Shown here: positions 1 through 8,769 of the stretch, one piece after another | How the letters are laid out: each line of letters starts with the position of its first letter | Position numbering within the stretch: the stretch's first letter is position 1 | Assembly (NCBI GenBank): GCA_963810755.1 | Contig: CAWEOP010000006.1 | Location: forward strand, 465,057 to 529,056 | Origin: an uncultured Gammaproteobacteria bacterium | GTDB lineage: Bacteria > Pseudomonadota > Gammaproteobacteria > Steroidobacterales > Rariloculaceae | Length of the DNA: 64,000 nucleotides | Direction of reading: 5' to 3' | The notes under the pieces: generated by a model | What the model was told of the DNA's origin: nothing | Databases searched by the model: none | Seen by the model: the letters and a program-made list of their open reading frames with translations, nothing else | Made by a program: the position numbers and the translations under genes

Positions 1-221
1 CCGAATCCGACAACGTACAGAACCCGGGCTGGGAGATGGGCATCCGGATCGGCGACGCGGCGACGGGCTGGGTGAGCGAGTTCATTCTCTATCCGTGGGG
101 CGACCCGCGCGACACGATGGGCAACGGGGCGGAGTTTGCGGCCGTGGATCGCGCGGGGAACATCTACGCGGGTGAGCCGCGGCCGCGCAAGCTGACCAAG
201 TACGTGCGGGTGCGGCCTTAG
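1..221 (+). CDS. 3' end of a gene entering from upstream; function unassigned (beta-propeller/NHL-like C-terminus is only a guess)
   Basis: Frame 3 is open from base 3 to TAG at 219-221. Peptide ...GWEMGIRIGDAATGWVSEFILYPWGDP...AVDRAGNIYAGEPRPRKLTKYVRV. GC3-rich. Confidence 0.45.
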   Translation, partial: ESDNVQNPGWEMGIRIGDAATGWVSEFILYPWGDPRDTMGNGAEFAAVDRAGNIYAGEPRPRKLTKYVRVRP

Positions 222-417
222 CGTCGTGGACGTTCGCCGGCGCTGTCCCTGACCCGCCGCATCGCGCGGACGTGCGTTGGCGGCGTGCGCGTTAGGCATC
301 TCCCGGGGGACGCCAAGACACCATCCCTGGGGCTCGGCGGCGCACATCCCTGTGCGCCGACGCCCCCGGGAGACGCCTAACGCGCACACCGCCAACGCAC
401 GATCGAGCGCAGCGCAC

Positions 418-1698
418 TCAGAGGCGCAGCGACGCTTGGCGTTGTTGGAGGAATTTGCGGACGGCGGGATCGCGCTCGAGGCCGATGGCGATGTCGTAGG
501 CGTCGCGCGCGTTCGCATGGTCGCCGACGCTCCCGAGCAGCTCCGCACGCGCCGCCCAATACGGTTGGTACTCCTCTAGGCGCGCGTCCGCCGCGACGTC
601 ATCGAGCGCGGCGAGCCCTGCGCGCGCGCCGTCGACTTGCGCGAGCGCGAGCGCGCGATTGATGGCGACGACCGGCGAGCCGGACAGCGCGAGTAGCGCA
701 TCGTAGATCTGCACGACCGCGCGCCAGTCCGACTGGCCCGTCCGGCGCCGATCGACGTGCGCGGATTGGAGCGCGGCCTCGAGCTGGTAGCGCCCGGGCG
801 CGCGCTGCTCGCTCGCGCGCAGCAGCAGCGCTTCCGCCTCGTCGACCATTTCTATGTCCCACAGCGCGGGATCCTGCGACGCGAGCGGCACGTACTCGCC
901 GTACGCATCGCGGCGCGCTCGGCGGCGCGCCTCCGCGTGCAGCATCAACGCGAGAAGACCGAGCGCCTCCGGCTCATCCGGCAGCAGTGTGGTCACGAGC
1001 CGGCCGAGGAAAATCGCCTCCTCCGCAAGATCTCGCCGCGCGACGTCGCTACCGATCGCGTCGCTCCAGCCCTCGGCGAACGCGGCGTAGATCGCGTCGA
1101 GCACCGTGCCGAGCCGGTCGGGCAGCTCTTCGCGCGCGGGAATCCGGAACGGGATGCCGGCCTCGCGAATCTTCGTCTTCGCACGCACGAGGCGCTGTGC
1201 CATCGCGGCGGGCGACAGCAGGAACGCGGAAGCGATCGCGGCCGCCTCGAGACCGAGCACCGTCTGCAGCATCAGCGGCGCGCGAATGCCCGCTTCGATC
1301 GCGGGATGGGCACACGCAAACATCAACGCGAGCCGCTGGTCGGGAATCTCCCGCGTCTCGCCGGCGCCTTCGTACTCGACCTCGAGCTGCTCGGCGAGCA
1401 CGCGCAGCTCGCCGGCTGCATTCGCCCCGCTCCGCCGGCGGCGCGCGAAATCGATGAGCTTGCGCCGCGCGGCTGTGAGCAGCCACGCCTCGGGGTTCAC
1501 GGGGCAGCCGCTCACGGGCCAATCCGCGAGCGCGGCCGCGAACGCCTCCGAGAGCGCATCCTCGGCCGCCGCGACGTCGCGCGACCGCGCGGCGAGGAAC
1601 GCGACGAGCTTGCCGTAGCTGCGGCGCGCGACCGCGTCCGCCGTGCTACGCGCGCGCTCGTCGCCGCCCGATGCATCGCCCGAGACGTCGCCGCTCAT
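418..1698 (-). CDS. ECF-type sigma-70 family factor with long C-terminal TPR-like extension (YciI-associated type)
   Basis: Inside ORF 418..1887. Start taken at MSGDVSGD (ATG 1698), 13 nt after the YciI stop. Region 2/4-like sequence: ARRSYGKLVAFLAARSRDVAAAEDALSEAF...PEAWLLTAARRKLIDFARRR...LALMFACAHPAI. Confidence 0.85.
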   Translation of the reverse strand: MSGDVSGDASGGDERARSTADAVARRSYGKLVAFLAARSRDVAAAEDALSEAFAAALADWPVSGCPVNPEAWLLTAARRKLIDFARRRRSGANAAGELRVLAEQLEVEYEGAGETREIPDQRLALMFACAHPAIEAGIRAPLMLQTVLGLEAAAIASAFLLSPAAMAQRLVRAKTKIREAGIPFRIPAREELPDRLGTVLDAIYAAFAEGWSDAIGSDVARRDLAEEAIFLGRLVTTLLPDEPEALGLLALMLHAEARRRARRDAYGEYVPLASQDPALWDIEMVDEAEALLLRASEQRAPGRYQLEAALQSAHVDRRRTGQSDWRAVVQIYDALLALSGSPVVAINRALALAQVDGARAGLAALDDVAADARLEEYQPYWAARAELLGSVGDHANARDAYDIAIGLERDPAVRKFLQQRQASLRL

Positions 1699-1711
1699 TG
1701 GCTCATGGGGG

Positions 1712-2059
1712 TCACATGCTCCAGACGGGCCGCACCTCGACGACTCCGTGCGCGGCGCCCGGGCAGCGAGCCGCCCAGGTGAGTGCGGCATCGAGATCCG
1801 GCGCATCGATGAGGAAATAGCCGCCGAACTGCTCCTTGGCCTCGGTGTACGGCCCGTTGAGCACCTGCGACTTGCCATTCGCGACACGCACCGTCGTCGC
1901 GGACGCCGTCGGCTGGAGCCGGTTGGAGTCCTTCAGCGCGCCTGCCTCGCGCAGCGCCGCCGTGTAGGCCGTGTATGCCGCCATGCCCTGCTTCTGCTCG
2001 GCCTGCGTCATCTTCGAGAACGCGTTCTCGTTCGAATAGATCATCAATAGATATTGCAT
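1712..2059 (-). CDS. YciI (YCII-related) family protein
   Basis: MQYLLMIYSNE...GPYTEAKEQFGGYFLIDAPDLDAALTWAARCP is typical YciI. Lies directly upstream of the sigma gene on the same strand. Confidence 0.85.
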   Translation of the reverse strand: MQYLLMIYSNENAFSKMTQAEQKQGMAAYTAYTAALREAGALKDSNRLQPTASATTVRVANGKSQVLNGPYTEAKEQFGGYFLIDAPDLDAALTWAARCPGAAHGVVEVRPVWSM

Positions 2060-2307
2060 CGGTAATCTCCGCTCGGGCTGTTTCGAGGGCGGGCAACGTG
2101 CGCCACCAACACAATGACGTTCGAGAGCTCGCCATTTCGACAGCGGTGACTCGCGATTGTAGTGAACCAGGCTGAGGACTTCTCATGCGTCCCGTGCGGC
2201 CGTGGCCCGTGGGCTCGCGGTGTGACACGATCCTCGGCGCGGCCCAAGCGCATTGGGGGATGCTAGGGGCCGGCTCGTTGCACGTCATTCAAGAGAAGGT
2301 GTGATCG

Positions 2308-3771
2308 GTGGCCAAAGTTCCCCCCGGCGTGGGTCCGCGCTTCCCGCAAGTCGTCGTGCTCGTCGGTGCGACCGGCGACCTCGCCCGCCGCAAGCTGCTT
2401 CCAGGCCTGTTCCACCTGTCGACCGCCGGCTTCATTCCGGGCTGCCGGATCATCGGCGTATCGCTCGACGACCTCAGCGCCGACGCGTTCCGCGAGAGCG
2501 CGCACGCTGCGATCACCGAATTCTTCGCGCGCACGGTGAATCAGCCGGACTGGGATGCGTTCGCCCAGAACATAGACTACGTGCCGCTCGGCGCGGGACC
2601 GGCTGCATTGCAAGCCGCCGTCGCGAAGGCGGAGGCTTCGATCGGCGCCGAATGCCGCAGGCTCCACTACTTGAGCGTGCCTCCGAGCGCAGCGCTGTCC
2701 GCGGTTCATCTGCTCGGCGACGCGCAGCTCGTGGAACGCTCGCGAATCGTGATGGAGAAGCCGTTCGGCACCGACCTCGCAAGCGCGCAGTCGCTGAACA
2801 AGGAGCTCCACGAGGTGTTCGACGAGGAGCAGATCTTTCGGATCGACCACTTCCTCGGCAAGGAGCCGGCGCAGAACATCCTCGCGTTCCGCTTTGCGAA
2901 CGGCCTGTTCGAGCCGATCTGGAACCGCAACTTCATCGACCACATCCAGATCGACGTGCCCGAGACGATCGGCCTCGGCAAGCGCGCGGGTTTCTACGAG
3001 AGCACCGGCGCGTTTCGCGACATGGTCGTGACTCACCTGTTTCAGATCCTCGCGTTCGTCGGCATGGAAGCGCCGACATCGCTCGCGCCCGCGCCCATTA
3101 GCGAGGAGAAGAACAAGGTCTTCCGCAGCATGCTGCCGATCCAGCCGTCGGACGTGATCCGCGGCCAATATACGGGTTACCGAAGCGAGGACGGCGTGAG
3201 CGCGGATTCGCAAACGGAAACCTTCATCGCGCTCAAGTGCTCGATCGACAACTGGCGCTGGGCCGGCGTGCCCTTCTACTTGCGCACGGGCAAGAGGATG
3301 GCCGAGGGCCAGCGGATCATCTCGATCGCGTTCAAAGAGCCGCCGAAGAGCATGTTCCCCGCGAATTCAGGTGTCGGCGCGCACGGCCCCGACCATCTCA
3401 CGTTCGATCTCGCCGACGCTTCGAAGATGTCGCTGTCGTTCTACGGCAAGCGGCCCGGTCCCGGAATGCAGCTCGACAAGCTGAGCCTACAGTTCGCGAT
3501 GAACGACACGACGTTGATCGGGGACGTGCTCGAAGCGTACGAGCGCCTGATCTTGGACGCGATGCGCGGCGATCGGACGCTATTTACGACGGCCGAGGGC
3601 ATCGAGCGGCTCTGGGAAGTTTCGACGCCGTTGCTCGAGGCTCCGCCGCCGGTGCGCTCGTACGCACCGGGCTCGTGGGGACCGAACGCGGTCCACCAGC
3701 TCGTCGCGCCGCACGCATGGCGGCTGCCGTTCGAGCGCGCGTGGCGCGATCCGAACCTCCTCGGCGGCTGA
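2308..3771 (+). CDS. zwf: glucose-6-phosphate 1-dehydrogenase
   Basis: 487 aa, GTG start. NADP motif LVGATGDLARRKLLPGLF and active-site RIDHFLGKE. Full length and intact. Confidence 0.95.
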   Translation: MAKVPPGVGPRFPQVVVLVGATGDLARRKLLPGLFHLSTAGFIPGCRIIGVSLDDLSADAFRESAHAAITEFFARTVNQPDWDAFAQNIDYVPLGAGPAALQAAVAKAEASIGAECRRLHYLSVPPSAALSAVHLLGDAQLVERSRIVMEKPFGTDLASAQSLNKELHEVFDEEQIFRIDHFLGKEPAQNILAFRFANGLFEPIWNRNFIDHIQIDVPETIGLGKRAGFYESTGAFRDMVVTHLFQILAFVGMEAPTSLAPAPISEEKNKVFRSMLPIQPSDVIRGQYTGYRSEDGVSADSQTETFIALKCSIDNWRWAGVPFYLRTGKRMAEGQRIISIAFKEPPKSMFPANSGVGAHGPDHLTFDLADASKMSLSFYGKRPGPGMQLDKLSLQFAMNDTTLIGDVLEAYERLILDAMRGDRTLFTTAEGIERLWEVSTPLLEAPPPVRSYAPGSWGPNAVHQLVAPHAWRLPFERAWRDPNLLGG

Positions 3772-3854
3772 CCGCACCGCGCAACGCTCCTCCCGGCTGT
3801 CCGCACACGCGAATAGCGCCCGGCGTTGCAGCCCGAGTCTGTTCGGATTACCGC

Positions 3855-4019
3855 TCAGAGGACCGAACCGCCCAGTGACCGCACGCACTCGACGACAGCT
3901 CCCACGACCGCGGCGACGAGCATGAGCTGAAGCATCCAGTCCTGAACGAAGTCTGAGGAACGCTCGACACGCGTTGCGACGACGCGCCGTTCGCGGTTGA
4001 GGCCATTTGAGTTGGTCAT
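3855..4019 (-). CDS. small (54 aa) hypothetical tail-anchored membrane peptide
   Basis: Below the ORF-track cutoff. ATG at 4019 is preceded by AAGGAG. MTNSNGLNRERRVVATRVERSSDFVQDWMLQLMLVAAVVGAVVECVRSLGGSVL has one C-terminal hydrophobic helix. Confidence 0.3.
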   Translation of the reverse strand: MTNSNGLNRERRVVATRVERSSDFVQDWMLQLMLVAAVVGAVVECVRSLGGSVL

Positions 4020-4214
4020 TTTCCGTACTCCTTGAATCGATGTTCGAAATTGCTGCGTTCAATGTGGAATACGTACGAGGACCGAAGAAATTACAGACGA
4101 CCAATCAGACGCTGTCCGCGCGGTTGCTGACCACGCGGTGTTACCGATCGGATCCAGACCTGAGGGGCGCGAGCCTGCGAGGAAGCTCGCGGAGAGACGC
4201 GGACGCCGCGGAGG

Positions 4215-4562
4215 CTAACGCGACCCCGAGACCATGACGTCCGTACCGGCCGCCTCGGCGTCGCGCAGCAGCGCTAGCAGAGGCAGCGCGCGATGGCCGA
4301 GCGGCACCGCGGGCTCCGCTTCGGGATCGTACTTCGCGGGGTCGCGCGTACCGCCTGCGGCTTTGACTGCCGAGTCCTCCGGCACCATGGCGTTGCGTTG
4401 CGCGAGCCCTCCTTCGAGGCGCGCAATGACCGCCGGAATGTCGCCCGCGAGAATCGCGGTCGGCACGGCTCCCGTCAATCCCGCGAGCTTGAGCAGGTCG
4501 GTCGCGACGTTGCCGAACATCGTAATGTCCGCGTGAGCCTTGGTGCGAAACGTGACCAGCAT
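4215..4562 (-). CDS. DUF1840-like protein
   Basis: Start at MLVTFRTKAHADITMFGNVATDLLKLAG (ATG 4562), 2 nt after the upstream CMD gene stop. The N-terminal pattern matches DUF1840 as I remember it. Confidence 0.7.
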   Translation of the reverse strand: MLVTFRTKAHADITMFGNVATDLLKLAGLTGAVPTAILAGDIPAVIARLEGGLAQRNAMVPEDSAVKAAGGTRDPAKYDPEAEPAVPLGHRALPLLALLRDAEAAGTDVMVSGSR

Positions 4563-4564
4563 TC

Positions 4565-4918
4565 CTACACCGCGAGCGGCTTCGAGCCGCGCCCTTTTTT
4601 GACGATGCCGTCGATGACGTCGTCTGCCCAACTGATCGATGCGACGACCGTCGGAAAACCGATCGTGCTCGTGAGCAGCAGCAGCGCGTGGTGGATTTCG
4701 GCGGCGCTCGCGCCCACCTCGAGTGCGCGGCGCGTGTGGCTGTGCACCGCACCCTCGGACCGCAGTGCCGCAGCCGCGCCGAGCTGGACGAGCTGTTTCA
4801 CTTTGTCATCGAGCGGGCCTGCGCCCGTCGTGACGATACCGAGCTGCTCGACGGCAGCCATCACATCGGGATAGCGGCGCTTCATGGTCTGGTAGCGTTT
4901 CACGGGTACTTTGTTCAT
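4565..4918 (-). CDS. carboxymuconolactone decarboxylase (AhpD-like) family protein
   Basis: 117 aa. KVKQLVQLGAAAALRSEGAVHSHTRRALEVGASAAEIHHALLLLTSTIGFP is the CMD-domain core. No CxxC motif. Confidence 0.8.
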   Translation of the reverse strand: MNKVPVKRYQTMKRRYPDVMAAVEQLGIVTTGAGPLDDKVKQLVQLGAAAALRSEGAVHSHTRRALEVGASAAEIHHALLLLTSTIGFPTVVASISWADDVIDGIVKKGRGSKPLAV

Positions 4919-5077
4919 GCGGCGAGCTCCGATCGACGTTGTGCTCTTACCGAATCTAACACCGCACCGTCGAATACCGAATCGCCCCTTGCGGACGCCG
5001 CGACTCCCACGCGCTCGCGGCCGGCGTGCTCACGCAACGCCGGCCGCGACTCTGCAGAATTCGACGTCGCTGCGTCG

Positions 5078-5656
5078 TCAGAAGCGCCAGTTCGCGCTGA
5101 GCCAGATGGCGTTCGCGTCATCGAACTGCTCGATGTCGATGCTCTCGTACTCTAAGCGAAAGTTGAGCCTCTCGAATGCGGTGAAGCCAATGCCGACTCC
5201 GTATACCGGGTCGTTACCGCTGTCGTCGACGAGATTGCTCGTGTTGCTGTTGACCTCGACGTTGTAGTACATCATCCCGGCCTTCGCGTACAACTCGACG
5301 GGTCCGAGCGGCAGCGTGCCGACCACCGCCGGCGTCCACGCGTCGCTCTCCGCGCGGAGTCCGAGCAAACCCGGTGCGACGTTCGACTCCCCGAAGTCCG
5401 TCCAGTCGAGCTGGAACGCGACGAACCGATTGAAACGCCAACCCGCGAAGATTCGATTCGCGTCCTGGTTTTCGAAATCGAGATCGACGTCGTCGGCGTC
5501 GTCGGGACGGTCGAGGTCCGCCGAGAAGTCCCCGATTGCGGCGCCGAGGTACAACCCGTCAGTGTTGTCGTTGTCGTCGGCCGCGAACGCGGGAGCGGCC
5601 GCCAACGCGATCGCGGCCGCAAGCGATGCACCGATCCCAGCTGATTGTTTGAGCAT
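5078..5656 (-). CDS. outer-membrane beta-barrel protein (OmpA-like barrel / OmpW-size)
   Basis: Start MLKQSAGIGASLAAAIALAAAPAFA (signal peptide) preceded by AAGGAGG. Alternating beta pattern and C-terminal ...LSANWRF with terminal Phe. Confidence 0.8.
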   Translation of the reverse strand: MLKQSAGIGASLAAAIALAAAPAFAADDNDNTDGLYLGAAIGDFSADLDRPDDADDVDLDFENQDANRIFAGWRFNRFVAFQLDWTDFGESNVAPGLLGLRAESDAWTPAVVGTLPLGPVELYAKAGMMYYNVEVNSNTSNLVDDSGNDPVYGVGIGFTAFERLNFRLEYESIDIEQFDDANAIWLSANWRF

Positions 5657-5962
5657 TTCTTCCTCCTTGTGCATGTCGATTCGTCGTCGCTGACGTATAG
5701 CAAGCTCCATGCCGCCAGCCGGATCGGCACACAAATCTGTAGTCAAAACAGTGAGTCGCGTGCGCCTAAAGGCGTTGTGCTGTGTACCGAAAATTTGCAG
5801 TTCTCGAAATGCGCACCTTTGTGATTGCAGATCTTGGGTTGCGCCGCCGCACCGGATGCGACGCGGGCGTCCGCTCCGCGCGCGCAGTCTTGCGGGCACA
5901 GCAGCGCGGCGCGCCGGGACTGTGAACTGTACGTATGGACGATCCGCCGTGTTGAACCGATC

Positions 5963-7723
5963 ATGGAGCGCACGTCGATGAGCACGAGTCACGAAGTCCC
6001 CCCGCGCCCGAGCTTCACCGAGCTATTCACACCGAAGCTGGTCACCGTCCTTCGCGAAGGCTACGGCGCAGCGCAGCTGCGCGCCGACGCGCTCGCGGGG
6101 CTCACCGTCGCGATCGTCGCGCTGCCGTTGTCGATGGCGATCGCGATCGCTTGCGGTGCGTCGCCGGCGCAAGGCCTGTATACCGCGATTTTCGGCGGTT
6201 TCCTGGTTTCCGCGCTCGGCGGCAGCCGCTTCCAGATCGGCGGTCCCGCCGGCGCGTTCATCGTGCTCGTCGCGGCCACGGTGCAAGCGCACGGGATGCA
6301 AGGCCTGCTGCTGGCCACGCTGCTCGCGGGGCTGATACTCGCGGCGATCGGCCTGCTGCGGCTCGGCACCTACGTGAAGTTCATCCCGTATCCCGTGACC
6401 GTGGGTTTCACGGCCGGCATCGCCGTCATCATCTTGGCTAGCCAGGCGAAGGACCTCCTCGGATTGCGGCTCGCGGAAGCCGAGCCCGGCGAGCTCATGC
6501 AGAAGCTACCGATGCTCTGGAGGTACTTGCCGACGCTCACTCCCGCCGCGATCGCGCTGTCGCTCGCGACGATTTTCGTCATCATCGCGCTGCGGAAGCT
6601 GCGGCCGCATTGGCCCGGCATGCTCATCGCCGTCGCGGCGGCCGCGGCGGCGGGCACGCTGCTGCACCTACCGGTCGCGACGATCGGCTCGCAGTTCGGC
6701 GGCATTCCATCGAGCCTGCCTTGGCCCGCGTTACCGGAAATCAGTTGGGCGAAAGTGCAGGCCGTCCTGCCTAGCGCGCTGTCGTTCGCGCTGCTGGGCG
6801 CCATCGAGTCGCTGCTGTCGGCGGTGGTTGCGGACAGCATGACGGGCCGGCGGCATCGCTCCAATTGCGAGCTCGTCGCCCAGGGAGCGGCGAACATAGC
6901 GTCCAGTCTGTTCGGCGGCATCTGCGTGACGGGCACCATCGCACGCACCGCCACGAACGTGCGCGCGGGCGCGCACGGCCCGCTTGCAGGCATGTTCCAC
7001 TCAGTATTCCTGCTGCTGTTCGTGCTGCTCGCCGCCCCGCTCGCGAGCTACATCCCGCTCGCGGCACTGGCGGGCGTGTTGGCGGTCGTGGCCTGGAACA
7101 TGGTCGAGAAGCAGGCGTTCGCGACGCTGCTGCGAGCCTCGAGCGGCGACGCCGTCGTGTTGCTCGCGACGTTTCTGCTCACGATCTTCCGGAGCCTATC
7201 GGAAGCGATCGTCGTCGGTTTCGCGCTCGGCTCGGTACTGTTCATCCACCGGATGTCGCGCGCGACCGCGATCGTGACGCACACGGCGCTCGTCGAGGAA
7301 GACACGGCCGACGCGAGCCCGGCAGCACGCAAAGCGTACGACGAAACGATGTCTTCGAACCCGAACGTCGTGATCTATCGGATCACGGGCGCGTTCTTTT
7401 TCGGGGCGGCCGCGTCGATCGGCGCGGTGCTCGATCGCATCGCGTCGACTCACCGCGCGCTGATCGTCGACTTATCGGCGGTGCCGTTCGTCGACTCGAC
7501 CGCCGCGAACACGCTCGAGGGCATCGTGCGCAAGGCCTCGCGCCGCCGCGTCCAGGTCGTGCTGACCGGCACGACGCGGGAAATGCGTGCCGAGCTCGGC
7601 GTGCACGGACTCGAACCGCCGCGCGTGCGCTTCGAGAGCTCCATCGAGACGGCGCTCGCGTCGCGCAGCCTGTTCGGCGCGGCCGGCGACGGCGCAGCGG
7701 CGTCGACGCCGGCGACTGACTGA
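5963..7723 (+). CDS. SulP family inorganic anion transporter with C-terminal STAS domain
   Basis: Start MERTSMSTSHE. LRADALAGLTVAIVALPLSMAIAIA..., multiple TM helices, STAS-like tail VVIYRITGAFFFGAA...VDLSAVPFVDSTA. Confidence 0.9.
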   Translation: MERTSMSTSHEVPPRPSFTELFTPKLVTVLREGYGAAQLRADALAGLTVAIVALPLSMAIAIACGASPAQGLYTAIFGGFLVSALGGSRFQIGGPAGAFIVLVAATVQAHGMQGLLLATLLAGLILAAIGLLRLGTYVKFIPYPVTVGFTAGIAVIILASQAKDLLGLRLAEAEPGELMQKLPMLWRYLPTLTPAAIALSLATIFVIIALRKLRPHWPGMLIAVAAAAAAGTLLHLPVATIGSQFGGIPSSLPWPALPEISWAKVQAVLPSALSFALLGAIESLLSAVVADSMTGRRHRSNCELVAQGAANIASSLFGGICVTGTIARTATNVRAGAHGPLAGMFHSVFLLLFVLLAAPLASYIPLAALAGVLAVVAWNMVEKQAFATLLRASSGDAVVLLATFLLTIFRSLSEAIVVGFALGSVLFIHRMSRATAIVTHTALVEEDTADASPAARKAYDETMSSNPNVVIYRITGAFFFGAAASIGAVLDRIASTHRALIVDLSAVPFVDSTAANTLEGIVRKASRRRVQVVLTGTTREMRAELGVHGLEPPRVRFESSIETALASRSLFGAAGDGAAASTPATD

Positions 7724-7824
7724 GGCCCGCCTTCTCGCCGGCTCGGAATGTCGACCCGATCCCGACGGAGCTGCCGGGCCTTGAACTATCATCTCGGCGG
7801 TCGTTCTTGGCGAGCTCACGAATC

Positions 7825-8562
7825 ATGCGAAAGCTCTGTGTCCTGCCGCTGCTGCTCGCTTGGGCTGCATGCAGCGCGGCGCCTCCCGAAACCGTCGCGG
7901 GCCGAGTCGAGGTCACCGACGGCGATTCATTCGAGATCGGCGGCGCGCGCATCAGGTTGAACGCGATCGACGCACCCGAGGGTCGGCAAACGTGCGTCCG
8001 CAACGGCGCGATTTGGCAATGCGGTGAGGCGGCCGCCGCGAAGCTGCGTTCGCTCGTCGCGGGCCGCGAGGTCGTGTGCACCCGCAAGGATACGGACTCC
8101 TACGGCCGCATGGTCGCGGTGTGCCGCAGCGGCGCAGCGGATCTCGGCGCTGAGATGGTGTCCGCCGGGCTGGCGCTCGCGTACCGGCAATACGGGAATG
8201 ATTACGTCGCGGAAGAAGACGCGGCGCGCGCCGCGCGCCGGGGGCTCTGGGCGGGCGAGTTCACGCCGCCGTGGGAGTATCGCCAAGGCCAGCGCGGAGA
8301 AGCGAACGCGACCCGCACGCAGCAGCCGACGCCGGCGCCGCAACCTCGGTCGCCCGCGCCCACGACGGCACCGCCCCGCTCTGCCGCGTCGGCGCAATGC
8401 CTGATCAAGGGAAACATCAACCGCGAAGGCGAGCGGATCTATCACGTGCCGGGTTCGCCGTCGTACGACGAGACCCGTATCGATCCCGGCCACGGCGAGC
8501 GCATCTTTTGCTCCGAAGCGGAAGCGCAGGCCGCGGGCTGGCGCGCTCCGCGCGGGCGCTAG
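7825..8562 (+). CDS. thermonuclease (SNase-like) lipoprotein with C-terminal 'sunset'-type domain
   Basis: MRKLCVLPLLLAWAACS lipobox. VTDGDSFEIGGARIRLNAIDAPE...DSYGRMVAVC...GLALAYRQY is the SNase fold. Tail CLIKGNINREGERIYHVPGSPSYDETRI...FCSEAEAQAAGWR. Confidence 0.8.
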   Translation: MRKLCVLPLLLAWAACSAAPPETVAGRVEVTDGDSFEIGGARIRLNAIDAPEGRQTCVRNGAIWQCGEAAAAKLRSLVAGREVVCTRKDTDSYGRMVAVCRSGAADLGAEMVSAGLALAYRQYGNDYVAEEDAARAARRGLWAGEFTPPWEYRQGQRGEANATRTQQPTPAPQPRSPAPTTAPPRSAASAQCLIKGNINREGERIYHVPGSPSYDETRIDPGHGERIFCSEAEAQAAGWRAPRGR

Positions 8563-8769
8563 GCGCGCCGAGCCGCCAATTTTTCCGAAACGCTCGACAG
8601 CGGACGCCGTGAGCAACGGCTGATCACGAGGGGCGCGGCTTCATGGGAACGACGCGCCGCGCTCGTCACAATTCGTCATAGTTCGGCGCCGCTTGGCCAC
8701 GATTCGCCGCCGCGCTGCCCGCACCGCGGCGCGAAATGCCACCCCAGGATTCCTACTGGGAGTGCGCCG

